64,000 nt of DNA from assembly GCA_036679605.1 (NCBI GenBank), contig JAZDCZ010000291.1:26168-90167 (forward strand), written 5' to 3'. The position numbers were made by a program, and so were the translations under genes. Origin of the DNA: Gemmatimonadota bacterium. GTDB lineage: Bacteria > Gemmatimonadota > Gemmatimonadetes > Gemmatimonadales > GWC2-71-9. The stretch's first letter is position 1. Every line of letters begins with the position of its first letter. This document shows positions 60,619 to 64,000 of this stretch, in pieces. The notes under the pieces are model-generated. The model was not told the DNA's origin and did not search any database. It saw only the letters and a program-made list of their open reading frames with translations.

Positions 60619-63351
60619 ATGACCGAAATCACTTCCCGCCTCTCGACCGCCCTCACCGGCCGCTATAAGATCGAACGCCGCCTTGGTGAAGGTGGTATGG
60701 CCACAGTTTACCTTGCGGAGGATCTCAAACACGAGCGCAAGGTCGCGCTCAAGGTGTTGAAGCCGGAACTCGCGGCCGTCCTAGGTGCTGAGCGTTTCGT
60801 GCAGGAGATCAAGACCACCGCTAACCTGCAGCATCCAAACATCTTGCCGCTGTTTGACAGCGGGACGGCAGGTGGACCGGACGACGGCATCACGGACGAT
60901 TCCGAGCACGGGCGAGGCATGCCTCGCCCTTTCCTTTATTACGTGATGCCGTTCATCGACGGCGAGACGCTACGCGACAAGCTCAACCGCGAAACACAGC
61001 TCGGCATCGAGGAGGCGGTGAAGATCGCGACGGATGTTGCGGACGCACTCGATTACGCGCACCGCAACAACGTGATCCATAGGGACATCAAGCCAGAGAA
61101 CATCCTGTTGCACGACGGGCGTCCGATGGTGGCGGACTTTGGGATCGCGCTGGCGGTGAGCGCGGCAGCCGGTGGGCGCATGACGGAAACGGGTCTCTCA
61201 CTCGGCACGCCGCACTACATGAGCCCCGAACAGGCGACGGCGGAGAAGGATCTTACGTACCGTTCGGACATCTACTCGTTGGGCAGCGTGCTCTACGAGA
61301 TGTTGACAGGGAGCCCACCGCACGTCGGCTCGTCTGCGCAGCAGATCATCATGAAGATCGTCGCGGAAGATGTGCAGCCGGTGGCAGAGTTACGGAAGTC
61401 GGTGCCGCCCCATGTGGCGGCTGCGGTCGCGAAGTCGTTGGAGAAGTTGGCGGCCGATCGGTTTGGGACGGCGCAGGAGTTCGCCGAGGTTCTCGAAGGC
61501 CGACGTCAGATAGTGGTCTCGACGGATGCTGCCATTTCAAGGCCGGCGCTGCCACGTCGTTCTGCGTATCCTATGGCGGTCGGCGGCGCGGCTGTCGGTG
61601 CCCTCTTGGCGACGACGGTTTTCTTGATCGTGAATCGCGCGGCGCCGGAGCGGGTCGAGCGCTGGACGATCGCGTCCCTGCCGTACGTGGACACGATACC
61701 AATCGATCAAGTGCTGGACATCTCGCCCGACGGCACGCAGCTCGTGTACGTTGCTGCCGATTCCACGGCACGGCAGGTACTTGAGGTGCGCGCATTAGAC
61801 CGGACCGCCGGAACCCCGCTGCCCGGAACGGCCAATGCCCGGTTTCCCCGGTTCTCCCCCGACGGAGGGCGCGTGGCCTTTCTGGCCCCGCCGGGGGCGG
61901 TTAAGTGGATGGACATAGAGGGCGGCACGCCACAGACGCTTGCGGAGGCGGAATCGTTTGGCCTGTGCTGGGGCGACGATGGGTACATCTACTTCCCTCG
62001 GCCCGCAACGAAAAGCATTCCGGCCGGGATCTCGCGTGTTCCGGAGCGGGGCGGGCAACCCACCGTGATCACGACCATCGATTCCACACGAGGGGAATAC
62101 GTGCACGCCTGCCAGCAGGTGTTAACGGGGGGGGGCGGGCTCTTGTATCTGAACGCGCCTGCGGGAGGCATGGACGCTACGGAACTTACGACCTACTCAT
62201 TCGCGACCGGTCAGAGTGAACTCCTGCTACGAGCCCCGTTCGGCCTCGTTGCCTCCACCGGCCAGCTCGTCTACATCACCCTCGACCACACGTTGACCGC
62301 AGCCCCGTTCGACGACAAGACCTTGAAGCTCACGGGCCCGCCGGTCAGCCTCGCCCCCAACGTCTTTGCGAATCAAGACTTCACTGCGTTTGCGTTATCT
62401 GCCGCCGGTACGCTGCTGTATGCCGATATGGAACCGCGGCTGAGCCGGCTGGCATGGGTGGATCGCGCGGGCGTTGCGACCGGCATTGGCGAGGGCCGCA
62501 CCCAGGAGTTCACCAGTTTTGCCCTGTCACGGGATGGGAAGCAGATTGTCGCGGCAATAAGCCGGGATGGAGTGTCCGCACTCTGGGTGTACACGCTTCC
62601 GCTTGGTCCGTGGACCCGGCTCTTCGGTGGGGTCTCCGATGCTGATGCCAGCGGCGGCCGCCCTGCATGGGACCCCAGTAGGGAGAGGATATCGTTCATG
62701 GCTACGGGCGCAAACGGCCGGAGCACTGCGTGGAGCGTTGCGGCGGACGGCCAGACGCCCGCGCAAGAGCTGCGGCACGTTACATCGATTCCCGTTCAGG
62801 ACGGAGAGTATTCGCCGGACGGCCACTGGTTCGTGTTCCGTCAAGGTCCCGTGGGACCACGGCAGCGTGATATCCTCTATGCGTGGCCTGACCCCGACAG
62901 CGCGGCATATCCCTTGGCGGTGACCGATGCGGACGAGTTCGCGCCCACGATCTCGCCCGACGGACGCTGGCTCGCCTACGTATCGGGAGAGGAGGGACAA
63001 GAGGAGATTGTGGTACAGCCGTTTCCGGACCCAGGACCACGGACACGGGTGTCCCTCGACGGCGGCTTCGAGCCACGGTGGGCGCATTCCGGGCGCGAGT
63101 TGTTTTATCGTGACCGCGCCGGAAACCTCGTTGCCGCGGAGGTCCGCATCGGGGCGAACATCTCCATTGGCGAGCGCCGTGTGCTCTTCTCCGCCAAACG
63201 GTTTCTCAACGATCGCAACGCCGCGCTGTACGACGTCGCGCCCGACGACCAACGGTTTCTGTTCATCGAGCCCGTCTCTGGTGGAAAGCTGAGGTGGAAA
63301 CTCGTGCGTGGGTTCTTATCCGAGCTGAAGGCGAAGGTGGGGAGCGAATGA
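60619..63351 (+). CDS. Ser/Thr protein kinase K11 (kinase-TM-PD40 propeller)
   Basis: Motifs intact; insert after LFDSG; ends FLSELKAKVGSE*. Confidence 0.92.
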   Translation: MTEITSRLSTALTGRYKIERRLGEGGMATVYLAEDLKHERKVALKVLKPELAAVLGAERFVQEIKTTANLQHPNILPLFDSGTAGGPDDGITDDSEHGRGMPRPFLYYVMPFIDGETLRDKLNRETQLGIEEAVKIATDVADALDYAHRNNVIHRDIKPENILLHDGRPMVADFGIALAVSAAAGGRMTETGLSLGTPHYMSPEQATAEKDLTYRSDIYSLGSVLYEMLTGSPPHVGSSAQQIIMKIVAEDVQPVAELRKSVPPHVAAAVAKSLEKLAADRFGTAQEFAEVLEGRRQIVVSTDAAISRPALPRRSAYPMAVGGAAVGALLATTVFLIVNRAAPERVERWTIASLPYVDTIPIDQVLDISPDGTQLVYVAADSTARQVLEVRALDRTAGTPLPGTANARFPRFSPDGGRVAFLAPPGAVKWMDIEGGTPQTLAEAESFGLCWGDDGYIYFPRPATKSIPAGISRVPERGGQPTVITTIDSTRGEYVHACQQVLTGGGGLLYLNAPAGGMDATELTTYSFATGQSELLLRAPFGLVASTGQLVYITLDHTLTAAPFDDKTLKLTGPPVSLAPNVFANQDFTAFALSAAGTLLYADMEPRLSRLAWVDRAGVATGIGEGRTQEFTSFALSRDGKQIVAAISRDGVSALWVYTLPLGPWTRLFGGVSDADASGGRPAWDPSRERISFMATGANGRSTAWSVAADGQTPAQELRHVTSIPVQDGEYSPDGHWFVFRQGPVGPRQRDILYAWPDPDSAAYPLAVTDADEFAPTISPDGRWLAYVSGEEGQEEIVVQPFPDPGPRTRVSLDGGFEPRWAHSGRELFYRDRAGNLVAAEVRIGANISIGERRVLFSAKRFLNDRNAALYDVAPDDQRFLFIEPVSGGKLRWKLVRGFLSELKAKVGSE

Positions 63352-63440
63352 CGAATGACCAATAATGAACAAGGAACGATGAAGTCGAGCTGCGCTTACT
63401 TCGACATTCGACATCCCTTGTTCGATATTCTACGGTTCCT
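63348..63440 (+). repeat. Diverged heptamer spacer (copy 6)
   Basis: AATGACG AATGACC AATAATG ... TTCGACA TTCGACA ... GATATTCTACGGTTCCT ATG. Confidence 0.7.
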
Positions 63441-64000
63441 ATGACCGACAACACCGTCCGTCTCTCCACCGCCCTTAGCGGTAGATACAAGATCGAACGC
63501 CGCCTCGGCGAAGGCGGCATGGCCACCGTCTACTTAGCAGAGGATCTCAAGCACAAGCGCAAAGTCGCACTCAAGGTGCTGCGTCCCGAACTCGCAGCGG
63601 TCTTGGGTGCCGAGCGTTTTGTGCAGGAGATAACCACCACTGCGAATTTGCAACACCCGCACATCCTCCCGCTGTTCGACTCAGGCGAGGCGGATGGGTT
63701 CCTCTACTACGTGATGCCGTTCATCGACGGCGAGACGCTGCGCGATAAACTCAACCGCGAAACACAACTGAGCATCGACGAGGCGGTCAGCATAACGACC
63801 GCCATTGCGGACGCGCTCGACTACGCGCATCGCAACAACGTGATCCATAGGGACATCAAGCCCGAGAACATCCTGCTCCACGACGGCCGGCCGATGGTGG
63901 CGGACTTTGGGATCGCCTTGGCCGTGAGCGCTGCAGCAGGTGGTCGCATGACCGAGACGGGGCTCTCACTCGGCACACCGCACTACATGAGCCCCGAACA
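63441..64000 (+). CDS. Ser/Thr protein kinase K12, partial (runs off the right end)
   Basis: MTDNTVRLSTALSGRYKIERRLGEGGMATVY...HRDIKPEN...DFG...GTPHYMSPE. Confidence 0.9.
   Translation, partial: MTDNTVRLSTALSGRYKIERRLGEGGMATVYLAEDLKHKRKVALKVLRPELAAVLGAERFVQEITTTANLQHPHILPLFDSGEADGFLYYVMPFIDGETLRDKLNRETQLSIDEAVSITTAIADALDYAHRNNVIHRDIKPENILLHDGRPMVADFGIALAVSAAAGGRMTETGLSLGTPHYMSPE

Noticed and set aside
22852..63440. CRISPR array
   Set aside because: The repeats are kilobases apart and separated by whole genes; there are no regular spacers and no cas genes.
4506..64000. Diversity-generating retroelement acting on the kinase paralogs
   Set aside because: No reverse transcriptase and no template/variable repeat pair. 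Differences are mostly synonymous and not visibly adenine-specific.
1..64000. Classical integron, prophage or IS element
   Set aside because: No integrase, transposase or phage gene was recognised, and no clear canonical attC ends were seen by eye.

Overview
GC-rich bacterial window; the gene content suggests a Gemmatimonadota-like organism (inference only). It is dominated by 12 co-oriented paralogous Hanks-type Ser/Thr kinase genes on the + strand. Nine are kinase-TM-TolB/PD40 beta-propeller receptors, one is a kinase-TolB_N-TPR protein, one is a frameshifted kinase-cyclase-ATPase-TPR gene, and one is cut by the window end. They are interleaved with unrelated cargo: ABC peptide-binding proteins, a cyclase, a multicopper oxidase, MaoC, peptidases (M28, M1, M20, S33, S10), amidohydrolases, an O-methyltransferase, a CysK-rhodanese fusion and a VapBC pair. 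The main observation is that the ENDS of the kinase gene recur without the kinase. A conserved promoter (-35 box, N17, CATCTT) and/or the first codons (MTEITSKLSTALADRY...) sit in front of non-kinase cargo, often fused in frame or translationally coupled. The last codons (ELKAKVGN*/GRE*) and a heptamer inverted-repeat spacer sit behind cargo. This looks like a cassette array scaffolded on kinase gene termini, and no integrase is present in the window. Also present: an intact tRNA-Lys(CTT), three tRNA 3' copies each interrupted in the T-loop by a small insert, and a Leu-type long-variable-arm tRNA carrying an Ala anticodon (CGC). All calls were made by eye from motifs; no database searches were run.
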